This document shows, in pieces, positions 1-10,016 of a stretch of DNA of 64,000 bases. Both the position numbers and the translations under genes were made by a program. The first letter of the stretch is position 1, and each line of letters starts with the position of its first letter. The stretch lies in contig CAXXWQ010000004.1 in assembly GCA_963674945.2 (NCBI GenBank), positions 1,248,001 to 1,312,000 of the forward strand, given 5' to 3'. Origin of the DNA: an uncultured Desulfosarcina sp. (lineage in GTDB: Bacteria > Desulfobacterota > Desulfobacteria > Desulfobacterales > Desulfosarcinaceae). Under the pieces are notes generated by a model. The model did no database searches. It saw nothing but the letters and a program-made list of their open reading frames with translations, and was not told where the DNA came from.

Positions 1-2
1 CG

Positions 3-497
3 GAACTGATCTATCTGTGGATGGCCGACGAAGAACCCTTGGCGTCCCTTTACCATTTGATTCTGTATGTCCTGTGCGAACTGGATCACGGGCAGACCCC
101 CGTAGAGGTGTTGAGTATCCTGTTTCAGATGCGGTTTCTGTCCATTGCGGGTTTTTCTCCCAATTTCGACCATTGCCATGCATGCAAGACATGCCTGGAT
201 CAAATCCAATACCCAACGGTGGTTTCGGCCATGTCCCAGGGGGGAATCGCCTGCCCCACATGTGGTTTTCCCGCAAACGGACAGATGAAAATTTCCAAGG
301 GGACACTGAAACAGCTGCTGTGGACCAATGGAGGAGACCTGGAACGCGCCAGTCGCATCCGTTTTGCCCCGGCGGCCATGGAAGAAGGCCTGAAATTCCT
401 GGAGGCGTTCGTCCCCTATCACCTGGCCAAACGTCCCAAGAGCCTGAAGGTGCTTCGGGCCATCCGGCAGGCGGTGGGCGGTCGGACAACCTGGTGA
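3..497 (+). CDS. recO: DNA repair protein RecO, C-terminal part (5' end outside window)
   Basis: Frame is open from position 3 (ELIYLWMADEEP...). Contains 'FQMRFLSIAGFSPNFDHCHAC...GGIACPTC' (RecO_C Zn finger) and a C-terminal 'HLAKRPKSL'. Lies upstream of glyQS. Confidence 0.85.
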   Translation, partial: ELIYLWMADEEPLASLYHLILYVLCELDHGQTPVEVLSILFQMRFLSIAGFSPNFDHCHACKTCLDQIQYPTVVSAMSQGGIACPTCGFPANGQMKISKGTLKQLLWTNGGDLERASRIRFAPAAMEEGLKFLEAFVPYHLAKRPKSLKVLRAIRQAVGGRTTW

Positions 498-554
498 GTG
501 CCCATCCGGAAATGGCCAATTTCTGGACGAACACTAGGGTAAGAAAGAAAACCA

Positions 555-1628
555 ATGACGACAACCACCAGTAAATTTCGTGCAGGCAATCTCAAAGGGC
601 TTTTGGATCACGGCCCCGTAACCGCGTCCGCTCCCTGCCGCGTCGACTTTGGAGGGACACTGGATATCGCCAGTTTCCACTATCCATTACGGGAAATGGC
701 CCCTGCCACGGTCAATATCGCCATCGATCTTCGCACGACCGTCACCCTGCAGCCCGGCGATGAAGACGGTATTCGCATCTCGTCCAGGGGGTTCCCCGAC
801 GCCGTGTTCCCCCCTGCCGGGGCGCCGTATCGCCATCCACTGGGACTCATGTTTGCCGTGGCCGACTATTTCGGCGCAAACCGCGTACACATCGATATTC
901 ACAGTGCATCTCCCCCGAGGAGCGGTTTGGGAGGCTCCTCCGTTGCAGCCGTGGCATTGATCGCCGCTTTTTGGAAAGTCCTCGGTTTGAAACAAAAAGA
1001 AAAAATGGACCGTAGGAGTATCGCCCTTCTCGCCCATTTCATCGAACAGGCGGTGGCAGGTGTGCCATGCGGCCAACAGGATCAGCTGGCCGCCGTGTTC
1101 GGCGGCGTGAACCGATGGGACTGGCCTGCGGATCCACGGCGTCCACCTTTCATACAAAGGCCCCTTTTGCGAAAAGAGGCCGCGGCCCGATTGAATCCTC
1201 ACCTTTTGGTGGCCTACCTGGGTGTCACCCATGAGAGCAAGGATGTGAACGGCACCTGGATTCGACAATTCATCGACGGAAAGAGTCGTAAAGAGTGGCA
1301 TGAGATCGTCCACTTGACCCACGAATTCGCCGGTGCCCTCGAAAGCTGGGACATTGCGGCGGCAGTGGATGCCATGCGCCGGGAGACCGCCATTCGAAAA
1401 GCAATGACGCCTGACGTCCTGAACGATGTTGGCGATTGGCTTGTGGCGGCTGCCGTTACCGCCGGGTGCGGCGCACGGTTTACCGGCGCCGGGGGAGGCG
1501 GCTGCCTGTGGGCCATCGGCCAGGTCAATGACATCGCCATGCTGAAAACGGCCTGGAAACAGATTCTCGACGAACAGCCCACCGCCCGACTGCTCGACTG
1601 CCGGGTGGATGCCGAAGGTGTCATCTGA
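555..1628 (+). CDS. GHMP-family sugar kinase (HddA/galactokinase-like)
   Basis: Motifs 'SAPCRVDFGG', 'PPRSGLGGSS', 'GQQDQ' and 'GARFTGAGGGG'. Confidence 0.8.
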   Translation: MTTTTSKFRAGNLKGLLDHGPVTASAPCRVDFGGTLDIASFHYPLREMAPATVNIAIDLRTTVTLQPGDEDGIRISSRGFPDAVFPPAGAPYRHPLGLMFAVADYFGANRVHIDIHSASPPRSGLGGSSVAAVALIAAFWKVLGLKQKEKMDRRSIALLAHFIEQAVAGVPCGQQDQLAAVFGGVNRWDWPADPRRPPFIQRPLLRKEAAARLNPHLLVAYLGVTHESKDVNGTWIRQFIDGKSRKEWHEIVHLTHEFAGALESWDIAAAVDAMRRETAIRKAMTPDVLNDVGDWLVAAAVTAGCGARFTGAGGGGCLWAIGQVNDIAMLKTAWKQILDEQPTARLLDCRVDAEGVI

Positions 1629-1738
1629 ATGATGGATGGACTCTTGTGAAACGCCACCGATGATGTTACGTATGGCGTTTATCGGATTGCATCGTCGGAT
1701 GTCACAATCCAAATCGATAGTTCAAAATGTCAATGGAT

Positions 1739-1890
1739 GATGAACTCGCAAAAAGTCGGGTTTCGGACGGTTTCGTAAAAGGTTCGAGATCAAGGCTTGC
1801 GAGTCCCGAGGAATGAGGCGTACATATAGTACTCCGCAGTGACGAGGGATGAAGCGTAACGCCGATATCGGACTTTTTACGAAGCCGCCA
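1739..1890. repeat. Dispersed palindromic element, copy 1
   Basis: Nearly identical to 26637-26788. Inverted arms gacggtttcgtaaaaggt / actttttacgaagccgcc. Confidence 0.85.
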
Positions 1891-1924
1891 ATGGGCGACG
1901 CAGGAAACGGATCGAGGACAACAC

Positions 1925-2806
1925 ATGAATTTTCAAAATGTGATTCTCACACTGGATAAGTTTTGGGCCAATCGGGGCTGTGTTGTCGTGCAGCCCTATG
2001 ATCTGGAAGTGGGCGCCGGGACATTTCACCACCACACCACATTGAAGGCACTGGGCCCCGAGCCCTGGGATGTGGCGTACGTGCAACCCTCAAGGCGACC
2101 CACTGACGGGCGGTATGGCGAGAATCCCAATCGTCTGCAGCACTACTACCAGTATCAGGTACTGCTCAAACCATCCCCCACCGATGTCCAGCAGCTCTAC
2201 CTCAAAAGCCTGAAGGCACTGGGCATCGATCCATTGGCCCACGACATCCGTTTCGTGGAGGATGACTGGGAATCGCCGACGCTCGGTGCTTCCGGTCTGG
2301 GCTGGGAGGTGTGGCTAGACGGCATGGAATGCACGCAATTCACCTACTTTCAGCAGGCATGCAGCATGGAGCTGTCACCGGTTTCCGTGGAACTGACCTA
2401 TGGGTTGGAGCGCATCGCCATGTACCTTCAGGGTATCGATAATGTCTATGACCTGAAATGGAACGATACGGTGACCTATGGCCAGGTTCACCACCAGCAG
2501 GAGGTTGAGCAGTCCACCTATAACTTTGAAAAGGCCGATGTGGATATGCTGCTTTCCCTTTTCAACCAGTACGAAGCCGAGGCGACACGGATCATCGAAG
2601 ACGGACTGGTTCTGCCGGCCTATGAATTCACCTTGAAGTGCAGCCACACTTTCAATCTGCTGGATGCCCGGGGGGCCATCAGTGTCACCGAGCGGACCGG
2701 ATACATCGCCCGGATCCGAAACCTGGCGCGGGCCTGCGGCACCGCTTATCTATCGCAGCGGGAGGCCATGGGCTTTCCCCTGCTGAAAAAAGGTGAAGTG
2801 AGGTGA
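1925..2806 (+). CDS. glyQ: Glycyl-tRNA synthetase alpha subunit
   Basis: 'EVGAGTFH', '[28 protein letters not shown]', '[12 protein letters not shown]'. Confidence 0.98.
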   Translation: MNFQNVILTLDKFWANRGCVVVQPYDLEVGAGTFHHHTTLKALGPEPWDVAYVQPSRRPTDGRYGENPNRLQHYYQYQVLLKPSPTDVQQLYLKSLKALGIDPLAHDIRFVEDDWESPTLGASGLGWEVWLDGMECTQFTYFQQACSMELSPVSVELTYGLERIAMYLQGIDNVYDLKWNDTVTYGQVHHQQEVEQSTYNFEKADVDMLLSLFNQYEAEATRIIEDGLVLPAYEFTLKCSHTFNLLDARGAISVTERTGYIARIRNLARACGTAYLSQREAMGFPLLKKGEVR

Positions 2807-4884
2807 ACATGGATACCCTATTGCTCGAAATCGGTGCCGAAGAGATACCGGCCGGCTACATCCAGCCGGCCCTTACCGCGCTTGCCAACAATCTGATCAA
2901 ACGACTGGACGATGCGCGCATCGACCACGGCCAGGCATATACCTGCGGCACGCCGCGGCGATTGACGGTAAGCATCGCGAAAGTAGCGCCAAAACAGACG
3001 ACGATTACCGAAGAGCTGATGGGACCGCCGGAAAAAATCGCCTTCGACGGCGACGGCAATCCCACGGTTCCTGCCGTAAAATTCGCCGAGAAAGCCGGCG
3101 TTGCGATCAGCCGCCTGAAGGTAATCGAAACACAAAAGGGTCGCTACTTGAGCGCCCGCAAGACCGATCGCGGCAAGGCGACCATGACGCTGCTCAAGAC
3201 CATCTTGCCCGAAACGATCCTGGCCACCCCGTTTCCCAAGAGCATGCACTGGTCGGATCTTACCATCCACTTCGCCCGCCCCATCCAGAGCATCGTGGCC
3301 CTGTACGGTTCCAAGGTGGTCACATTCACACTGGGCGGCCGGATCAAAAGCGGTCGCCGCGCACTGGGACACATGTTCATGCATCCGGGAAAGGTCACCA
3401 TCGGTACTCCGGACCAATATGAATCGGCCATGGCCCAGGCCCATGTGGTGGTGGATATCGAAAAACGAAAGGCAATGACCGCCGATGCCGTAGCCGGGGC
3501 AGCCGGGGCCATTGGCGGGCAGGTGCTTCCCGATGAGGAACTCTTGGACATCGTCACCAACCTCGTGGAGACACCCATCGCCACGGCAGGCAGATTCGAC
3601 GATCTTTTCCTGGAAGTTCCCAGAGAAATTCTCATCACGGCCATGAGGGAACACCAGAAGTACTTCGCCATCATGGACGATGCAGGCAACCTCATGCCCG
3701 GCTTCATCGCCGTCAACAACACCCGTACACGGGACATGGACCTCGTATCCAAGGGGCATGAACGGGTGCTGCGGGCCAGGCTTTCCGATGCCCGCTATTT
3801 CTATACGGCCGACATCAAGATGTCCATGGAAGCGTGGGTAGAAAAACTCAAAGGCGTGCTCTTTCAGGCCAAGCTGGGCAGCATGTATGACAAAGTCATG
3901 CGCGTCGAAACCCTTGCCGGATGGCTGGCCGACCGGATCGATCCCAATCTCAAAGGAAAGGTTCTACGGGCCGCCCGACTGTGCAAGGCCGATCTTGTAA
4001 GTCAGGTGGTCGGCGAGTTTGCCAAGCTACAGGGCGTCATGGGGCGAATCTACGCCCAGGTGGCCGGAGAAGAACCGGATGTGGCCGCGGCCATCGAAGA
4101 ACACTACCGCCCGACCCACAGCGGCGGACAATTGCCAGAGACCGAAACCGGCGCCCTGCTCTCCATCGCCGAAAAAGTCGATTCCATCTGTGGCTGCTTT
4201 TCCGTTGGGCTGATCCCCACCGGCGCGGCCGACCCCTATGCCCTGCGCCGCCAGGGGATCGGGATACTGCAGATCATCCGCAGCCGAAATTATCATGTTT
4301 CCCTTTCCGGACTGGTGGAAAAGGGGGTATCCCAATTCGCCGATAAGCGGACCGAATCGCAGGAAAAAACCACGGACGCCATATTGACCTTTCTGAAAAA
4401 CCGCCTCTTCGGCATGCTGGCGGACCAGGGACTGAGCAAGGACGTCATCGCCGCGGTGATCAGTGCATCGGCAGACCAAATCCCCGATGTCCACAGACGA
4501 AGTGTCGCCCTGGAAAAACTCAAGGGAAAACCGGATTTCGAACCGCTGGCCACTGCCTTCAAACGGGTGGAAAACATCTTAAAAAAGGCGGCCGTGACGG
4601 CCACCGCACCCGTCGATGCAACCCTTTTCGAACACCCAACAGAAGGCGACCTCTACGCGGCCTGCCAATCGGTATCGGAAAAGGTGGACGACCTCATGGG
4701 ACGGGGAGACCTGGACAGCGCCCTCGGCATCATCGCCACATTGCGTGATCCCGTCGACGCCTTCTTCGACGATGTGATGGTCATGGCCGAAGACGAAGCG
4801 GTCCGGAACAACCGCCTGGCCCTTTTGGTCGCCATCTCGGACATCTTCGGCCAGATCGCCGATTTCTCCCAGATCTCCACCTGA
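2803..4884 (+). CDS. glyS: Glycyl-tRNA synthetase beta subunit
   Basis: '[11 protein letters not shown]', '[13 protein letters not shown]', 'DPYALRRQ', C-terminal 'VRNNRLALL'. Overlaps the glyQ stop. Alternative ATG at 2809. Confidence 0.97.
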   Translation: MNMDTLLLEIGAEEIPAGYIQPALTALANNLIKRLDDARIDHGQAYTCGTPRRLTVSIAKVAPKQTTITEELMGPPEKIAFDGDGNPTVPAVKFAEKAGVAISRLKVIETQKGRYLSARKTDRGKATMTLLKTILPETILATPFPKSMHWSDLTIHFARPIQSIVALYGSKVVTFTLGGRIKSGRRALGHMFMHPGKVTIGTPDQYESAMAQAHVVVDIEKRKAMTADAVAGAAGAIGGQVLPDEELLDIVTNLVETPIATAGRFDDLFLEVPREILITAMREHQKYFAIMDDAGNLMPGFIAVNNTRTRDMDLVSKGHERVLRARLSDARYFYTADIKMSMEAWVEKLKGVLFQAKLGSMYDKVMRVETLAGWLADRIDPNLKGKVLRAARLCKADLVSQVVGEFAKLQGVMGRIYAQVAGEEPDVAAAIEEHYRPTHSGGQLPETETGALLSIAEKVDSICGCFSVGLIPTGAADPYALRRQGIGILQIIRSRNYHVSLSGLVEKGVSQFADKRTESQEKTTDAILTFLKNRLFGMLADQGLSKDVIAAVISASADQIPDVHRRSVALEKLKGKPDFEPLATAFKRVENILKKAAVTATAPVDATLFEHPTEGDLYAACQSVSEKVDDLMGRGDLDSALGIIATLRDPVDAFFDDVMVMAEDEAVRNNRLALLVAISDIFGQIADFSQIST

Positions 4885-4993
4885 TACGAATTTGAAATTT
4901 CAAATGATCCATGTGGCTTTCGCCAAAGATCAGGACAACTAAAAAAATTGCCTATCGACGCCTTTTATTTGAAAGATGAGCAAGGAGTAAGCA

Positions 4994-5248
4994 ATGCCTT
5001 TTGACCCAAACAAAGACAAAGTACTGAAAAAATGGAAATGTGAGGAGACCGGTCTGGTCGTCACCATCAACCAGTACGATCAAGGAGAGGCAAAGGTTCA
5101 GATCGGTCCACGCATCCTAAAGAAAAAGGATGGAACCGATCGTGCACCGGTCAAAGCGGGTCGGCTCACCATCGAAGACATCCTCTGGTTGTACGACACC
5201 ATGGACGAGATCAAAGATGAGCTGACCGACCTCCAGCGGCCCACCTAA
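4994..5248 (+). CDS. Small hypothetical protein (84 aa)
   Basis: Good RBS (aaggag) upstream. Protein-like composition. No family recognised. Confidence 0.7.
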   Translation: MPFDPNKDKVLKKWKCEETGLVVTINQYDQGEAKVQIGPRILKKKDGTDRAPVKAGRLTIEDILWLYDTMDEIKDELTDLQRPT

Positions 5249-5283
5249 GTACATCTGATCGTAAATATGAAGACGTATTCTTT

Positions 5284-5332
5284 CACCACAGAGACAGAGA
5301 AAATATTGCAAAATAAACAAGCCTCTGTGGTG
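5284..5332. repeat. Intergenic inverted repeat (CACCACAGAG / CTCTGTGGTG)
   Basis: 10-bp perfect inverted repeat with a partial second 'acagag' unit. Confidence 0.55.
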
Positions 5333-5445
5333 GTTTCATTGATTATCGCAATACGTCACCATACATATGATTAAAGGCACTAAGGGTTCCGTTTTTCCCG
5401 ACGACCGATAACACCGCCCAAAAGTTTTCTCGCAAAGCCGAAATT

Positions 5446-6189
5446 ATGCCCGACCGCCGTGCAATCGTAAACCCCGTGAAGGGAAAAAATCCACCGGAAA
5501 CAGGATCCATGGCCATCCTCGCGGCCACACAGGGTGATCTGGAACAATTGACCCGAATGGCCCAATTGCCACTGGTGGAACATCGCAAGCTATACATGAG
5601 CAAACTTTTCGTGTATGCCCGAAAGGGGATTCGCCATTGTATCGTCGGCCCGTTCATCGGAGCCCCCTATGCCGCCATGATCGTCGAATCGCTCTGGGCT
5701 TGGGGTGTGAAGCAGATCCTATTCATCGGTTGGTGCGGTGCCGTCTCCCCCAGGGTAAAGGCCGGGGATATCATTGTTCCCACCGGTGCCATGGTGGAAG
5801 AGGGAACCTCCGGTCTCTATTGTGATCCCTCTTGTCGGGTGGCCCTTCCCACCCGAAGGATGACGGACCAAACGAAAAAGGCCCTGTTGCGCCACGACGC
5901 CCCCTACCACGAGGGGTCCGTCTGGACCACTGACGCCATCTTCCGGGAAACCGTCGAGAAGGTGAAGCACTATCAATCCAAGGGTGCCCTGGCCGTCGAA
6001 ATGGAGCTGTCCGCCATCTTCACGGTGGCGGATTTTCGTCAAATGGCGGCGGCCGGCATCCTGGTGGTTTCCGACGAAGTGTCCGACTATCAATGGCGCC
6101 CGGGATTCAATCGACCGGACTTTGCCGAAGCAAGGGAAAAAACCTGCCGGGCGGCGATCACCCTGGCAACCTCTCTGGGAAAAGAATGA
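5446..6189 (+). CDS. Nucleoside phosphorylase (PNP/UDP family)
   Basis: 'GPFIGAPYAAM', 'IGWCGAV', 'VWTTDAIFRET', 'AVEMELSA', 'VVSD'. Confidence 0.88.
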   Translation: MPDRRAIVNPVKGKNPPETGSMAILAATQGDLEQLTRMAQLPLVEHRKLYMSKLFVYARKGIRHCIVGPFIGAPYAAMIVESLWAWGVKQILFIGWCGAVSPRVKAGDIIVPTGAMVEEGTSGLYCDPSCRVALPTRRMTDQTKKALLRHDAPYHEGSVWTTDAIFRETVEKVKHYQSKGALAVEMELSAIFTVADFRQMAAAGILVVSDEVSDYQWRPGFNRPDFAEAREKTCRAAITLATSLGKE

Positions 6190-8033
6190 GCGACCCCAAG
6201 ACAAATGAACTGGTCGAGCAGTTGAAAATCTACAACCAGGCCTATCGCCAGGGCAGTCCCATGGTGTCCGACGCCGAATACGACGCCCTGGTGGAACAGC
6301 TGCGGGCCATTGCCCCCGGCCACCCTTACCTTTCGGCCGTGGAGCCGGAGCAATTCCCCGGACGGCAGAAGGTTTTCCATCCGGCTCCCATGCTCTCCAT
6401 CGAAAAAGCCTACAGCGGCGAACAGTTGGAACGCTTCGTGGAGCGGGTGAACAAGACGGCCCAGGCAGTCGATGTCGCGGACGTTCTCTTCCGGCTCATG
6501 CCCAAACTGGACGGACTGGCCGGTCGGGACGATGGTGAGATCTTCGCTACCCGGGGAGACGGCCTTTCGGGATATGAGATTTCCAGCGCCTTTGCCAAAG
6601 GCGTGATTCCCATCGGCGGACGCGGCCAGGGAATGGGAGAAATCGTGGTGGTCAAATCCTACTTCGACGAGAAGATGGCCCGATTTTTCGAGCATCCCCG
6701 CAACATGGTGGTGGGCATCGTCACGTCGGATATTCTCAACGAAAATGCGAAGATCGCACTAAACGACGGCATGGTCCATTTTGTTCCGTATGTTCAGGTC
6801 GACGCCATAACCGTCGACGGGACCCGTTTGGTCGAAGAACGCCGGAAGCTGATGCAAGACCTGCTGGAAAACGTGGATTATCCGACGGACGGAATCGTCG
6901 CCGAGGTGATCGACGAACGGATCAGATCGGCCATGGGCGCCACCGCCCATCACTACCGCTGGCAGATCGCCATCAAGACCAAGGGTGAGACGGCGGAAAC
7001 GACGGTGACCGGCATCCAATGGCAGGTGGGCCGGACGGGCAATGTCACCCCGGTGATGGAGGTGGCGCCGGTCTTGTTGTCCGGTGCGACCATCCGTCGG
7101 GTGACCGCCCACCATGCCGGCAACATCCGGAACCTCGCCATCGGTCTTGGCACCCGCATCGAGGTGATCCGAAGCGGTGAGGTAATTCCCAAACTGGAGA
7201 ATATTGTCGAACCCGCAGGGGATGTACAACTGCCCGAGCGCTGTCCCAGTTGCGATCAGCCGCTTACGTGGGAAAATGATTTCCTCAAGTGTAAGAATCC
7301 ACAGTGCCGTGCCCAGATCGAGCAGGGCATGGTGCACTGGTTCCGCATCCTGGGAAATGCCGACTGGTTCGGCCCCAAAACCATCGCGAAAATCGTCGAA
7401 AACGGGCACCGGGACCTGGCGGCACTCTATGGCCTGGGGCAAAACGATTTCGAAGAAATGGGGTTTGGGCCGGTGCAGTCCAGGAACCTGGCCGACGCCA
7501 TCGCCCAGAGCCTCGCCCACCCCGTGGAGGACTGGCGTTTGTTGGCCGCCTTCGGCATCTCGAACCTGGGTACCGGGGACAGCCGCAAGTTGCTGGAGCA
7601 CGTCACCATCGACGATGTTCTCAGCCTGACCCAAGATCAGATTAAGGGAATAAAGGGATTCGGTGAGATTACAAGCAGCAGCATCATTTCCGACCTTATA
7701 CGGCTAAGACCCCTGATTTCCCATATGCTCGATTTGGGATTCAATCTGCGCCGCACCCCCCTCATATCGGAAAAAGAGTTGTCCGACAGCCCCATCGCTG
7801 GAAAGGGGATCGTCTTTTCCGGAAAGATGGTTCACGGCTCCCGCCAGGCCATGCAAACGGAGGCGGCGGCATTGGGTGCACGGGTGCTAACGGCCGTCAG
7901 CGGCACGACAGACTATCTGGTCTGCGGCGAGAATGTGGGGGCGACCAAAAAGACGAAGGCGGAAAAGCTGGGGGTGACCCTGCTCACCGAAGAGCAATAC
8001 CGCGCAATGATCGAGGTGGGTGATCGCATGTAG
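6186..8033 (+). CDS. ligA: NAD-dependent DNA ligase (divergent LigA-type)
   Basis: 'YNQAY...SDAEYDAL', adenylation motif KLDG, 'TRGDG', 'WQVGRTGNVTP', CxxC Zn finger, HhH repeats and C-terminal BRCT. ATG at 6186 overlaps the upstream stop (ATGA). Confidence 0.85.
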   Translation: MSDPKTNELVEQLKIYNQAYRQGSPMVSDAEYDALVEQLRAIAPGHPYLSAVEPEQFPGRQKVFHPAPMLSIEKAYSGEQLERFVERVNKTAQAVDVADVLFRLMPKLDGLAGRDDGEIFATRGDGLSGYEISSAFAKGVIPIGGRGQGMGEIVVVKSYFDEKMARFFEHPRNMVVGIVTSDILNENAKIALNDGMVHFVPYVQVDAITVDGTRLVEERRKLMQDLLENVDYPTDGIVAEVIDERIRSAMGATAHHYRWQIAIKTKGETAETTVTGIQWQVGRTGNVTPVMEVAPVLLSGATIRRVTAHHAGNIRNLAIGLGTRIEVIRSGEVIPKLENIVEPAGDVQLPERCPSCDQPLTWENDFLKCKNPQCRAQIEQGMVHWFRILGNADWFGPKTIAKIVENGHRDLAALYGLGQNDFEEMGFGPVQSRNLADAIAQSLAHPVEDWRLLAAFGISNLGTGDSRKLLEHVTIDDVLSLTQDQIKGIKGFGEITSSSIISDLIRLRPLISHMLDLGFNLRRTPLISEKELSDSPIAGKGIVFSGKMVHGSRQAMQTEAAALGARVLTAVSGTTDYLVCGENVGATKKTKAEKLGVTLLTEEQYRAMIEVGDRM

Positions 8034-8105
8034 ATTTGATACAGGGCATCGGCTTGTCCTGCTGAACACGGGGAAAGCGGGAGAAAGCACCCATAGTGAG
8101 ATAGC

Positions 8106-8190
8106 GTGCCTAAAGTTAATGTATTCTGCCTTTTTATATAAAACGGCGGAGTGAAACGACTCATGAACTTCAGTGCACTTTGGGCACTTT
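8106..8190. repeat. Intergenic inverted repeat with ~9-mer arms (GTGCCTAAAGT / ACTTTGGGCAC)
   Basis: Arms visible. Internal 'ggagtgaaacgac' resembles 'ggagcgaagcga' at ~22909. Confidence 0.5.
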
Positions 8191-8279
8191 CGTTCACGAT
8201 ATCATCGCTACTTGCGATTCCCCTGCATGATCTAACGGTGATCCTTGAATCGAGTGTTCCTCATAATTTAAACAAACAA

Positions 8280-10016
8280 ATGCGCTCTCTTGATTTAATA
8301 AAATATTATTTTACGGCGAACCGTCATCGGATTCTGTTCGGCCTGTTCTGCCTGATCGTGGTGGACCTGCTCCAGCTGTTCATTCCCCGTGTGATCAAGT
8401 GGGCCGTGGACGACCTCACCCTCTTGCGGGTAAGCCGAAACGGCCTGGTCACCTATGCCCTCATCATCCTGGCCCTGGGCATCAGCATCGGTTTCTTCCG
8501 TTTTTTCTGGCGACGATGCCTTTTGGGGACGGCCCGCAGAACCGAAGAGGATCTTAGAAACCGTCTCTTCAACCACGTTCAACGCCTCTCTCCCGCCTAT
8601 TTCGACCGGGTGCGGACCGGCGACCTCATGGCGCTTGCCACCAACGATATCCAACAGGTGCGCATGGCCGCCGGAATGGGTCTGGTGGCACTCAACGATG
8701 CGCTGTTTCTGGGAACGGCCGCCATCGGGTTCATGGTCTACATCAACTTGTCCCTGACGCTCTATGCGCTGATCCCCATGCCCCTGATCGTTATCAGTTC
8801 CCGGTATTTGGGTCGCCATATGCATCGATCCTACAGACGCGTGCAGGCCTCTTTCGGCGAACTCACCGAGGCGGTCCGCGAGCGTTTTGCCGGTATCCGC
8901 GTCATTTTGGCCTATAACGCCCAAGCCGCCGAGACCGGACGCGTCCGGACATTCTCCCAATCCTACGTGGACGAGAACATTCAACTGGTAAAGATCACCG
9001 GCGTCTTCTTTCCCCTCATGGTCCTGCTGACCAACATCAGCCTGGCCATCGTCCTTTTTTACGGCGGACGGCAGACCATTTACACACGCATCACCACCGG
9101 CGATTTCGTGGCCTTCATCAGCTATCTGGGAATTCTCACGTGGCCGATGATGGCCCTGGGGTGGGTCATCAACCTGATCCAGCGGGGCCGTGCATCCCTG
9201 GACCGGCTGAACGATATCCTTTCCACCGAACCGGACCTGGTCGAGACGGAAAACCCACATGCCATGACCGGTTTTCGGACTGCACTTTCGGCAAAGGGGG
9301 TCGGCTTCTCATACGAGGGTGACCGGGGCCAGGTTCTCCACGAAATCGATCTTGCCATTTCCAAAGGAGAGACCATGGGAATCGTCGGGCCGCCGGGATC
9401 GGGAAAGACAACATTGCTGGAACTTCTCCTTCGTCTCTACGACGTGAGTACCGGTGCGATTACCATCGATGGCAAAAATATCCGCGATCTGAAAATCGCC
9501 GACCTGCGGGCAATGATGGCCATGGCGCCCCAGGAGCCTTTTCTGTTCGCCGGAACGATCCGGGAAAACATCACCTTAGGGAGTTCATCGGTGCCCCAGA
9601 CGAAACTGGAGCGGGCGGTACATCTGGCGGCACTGGACGCCACCATCTCCCAACTGCCGAAAGGCTTTGAGACCATCGTCGGCGAAAAGGGCGTCATTTT
9701 ATCCGGCGGACAAAAACAACGGGTGGCCCTGGCACGGCTCTTTTTGAGTGATGCCCCCATCCTGATTCTCGACGACCCGGTGAGTCAGGTGGATACGCGT
9801 ACGGCCGGCGCCATCGTCGGAAACCTCTATGGATTGGCCGGTGAAAAGACCCTGATCATCGCCTCCCATCGCATGTCCGCCGTGAGACATGCGAATCAGA
9901 TCCTGGTCATGGAAAACGGCCGGATCGGCGCAGCGGGAAACCACGAGACCTTGATGGCCGAAAACCCCTACTATTGCCGGACTTATCAGCTCCAGGAACT
10001 GGAAAATGCGATTTGA
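8280..10016 (+). CDS. ABC exporter, permease/ATPase subunit 1 (MdlA/YheI-like)
   Basis: TMD followed by Walker A GPPGSGKT, signature LSGGQKQR and degenerate Walker B 'LILDDP'. ATG 8280 preferred over the ORF-track start. Confidence 0.9.
   Translation: MRSLDLIKYYFTANRHRILFGLFCLIVVDLLQLFIPRVIKWAVDDLTLLRVSRNGLVTYALIILALGISIGFFRFFWRRCLLGTARRTEEDLRNRLFNHVQRLSPAYFDRVRTGDLMALATNDIQQVRMAAGMGLVALNDALFLGTAAIGFMVYINLSLTLYALIPMPLIVISSRYLGRHMHRSYRRVQASFGELTEAVRERFAGIRVILAYNAQAAETGRVRTFSQSYVDENIQLVKITGVFFPLMVLLTNISLAIVLFYGGRQTIYTRITTGDFVAFISYLGILTWPMMALGWVINLIQRGRASLDRLNDILSTEPDLVETENPHAMTGFRTALSAKGVGFSYEGDRGQVLHEIDLAISKGETMGIVGPPGSGKTTLLELLLRLYDVSTGAITIDGKNIRDLKIADLRAMMAMAPQEPFLFAGTIRENITLGSSSVPQTKLERAVHLAALDATISQLPKGFETIVGEKGVILSGGQKQRVALARLFLSDAPILILDDPVSQVDTRTAGAIVGNLYGLAGEKTLIIASHRMSAVRHANQILVMENGRIGAAGNHETLMAENPYYCRTYQLQELENAI

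Noticed and set aside
4890..4906. Short palindrome atttgaaatttcaaat after glyS
   Set aside because: Too short and AT-rich to assign. Could be a repeat remnant or chance.
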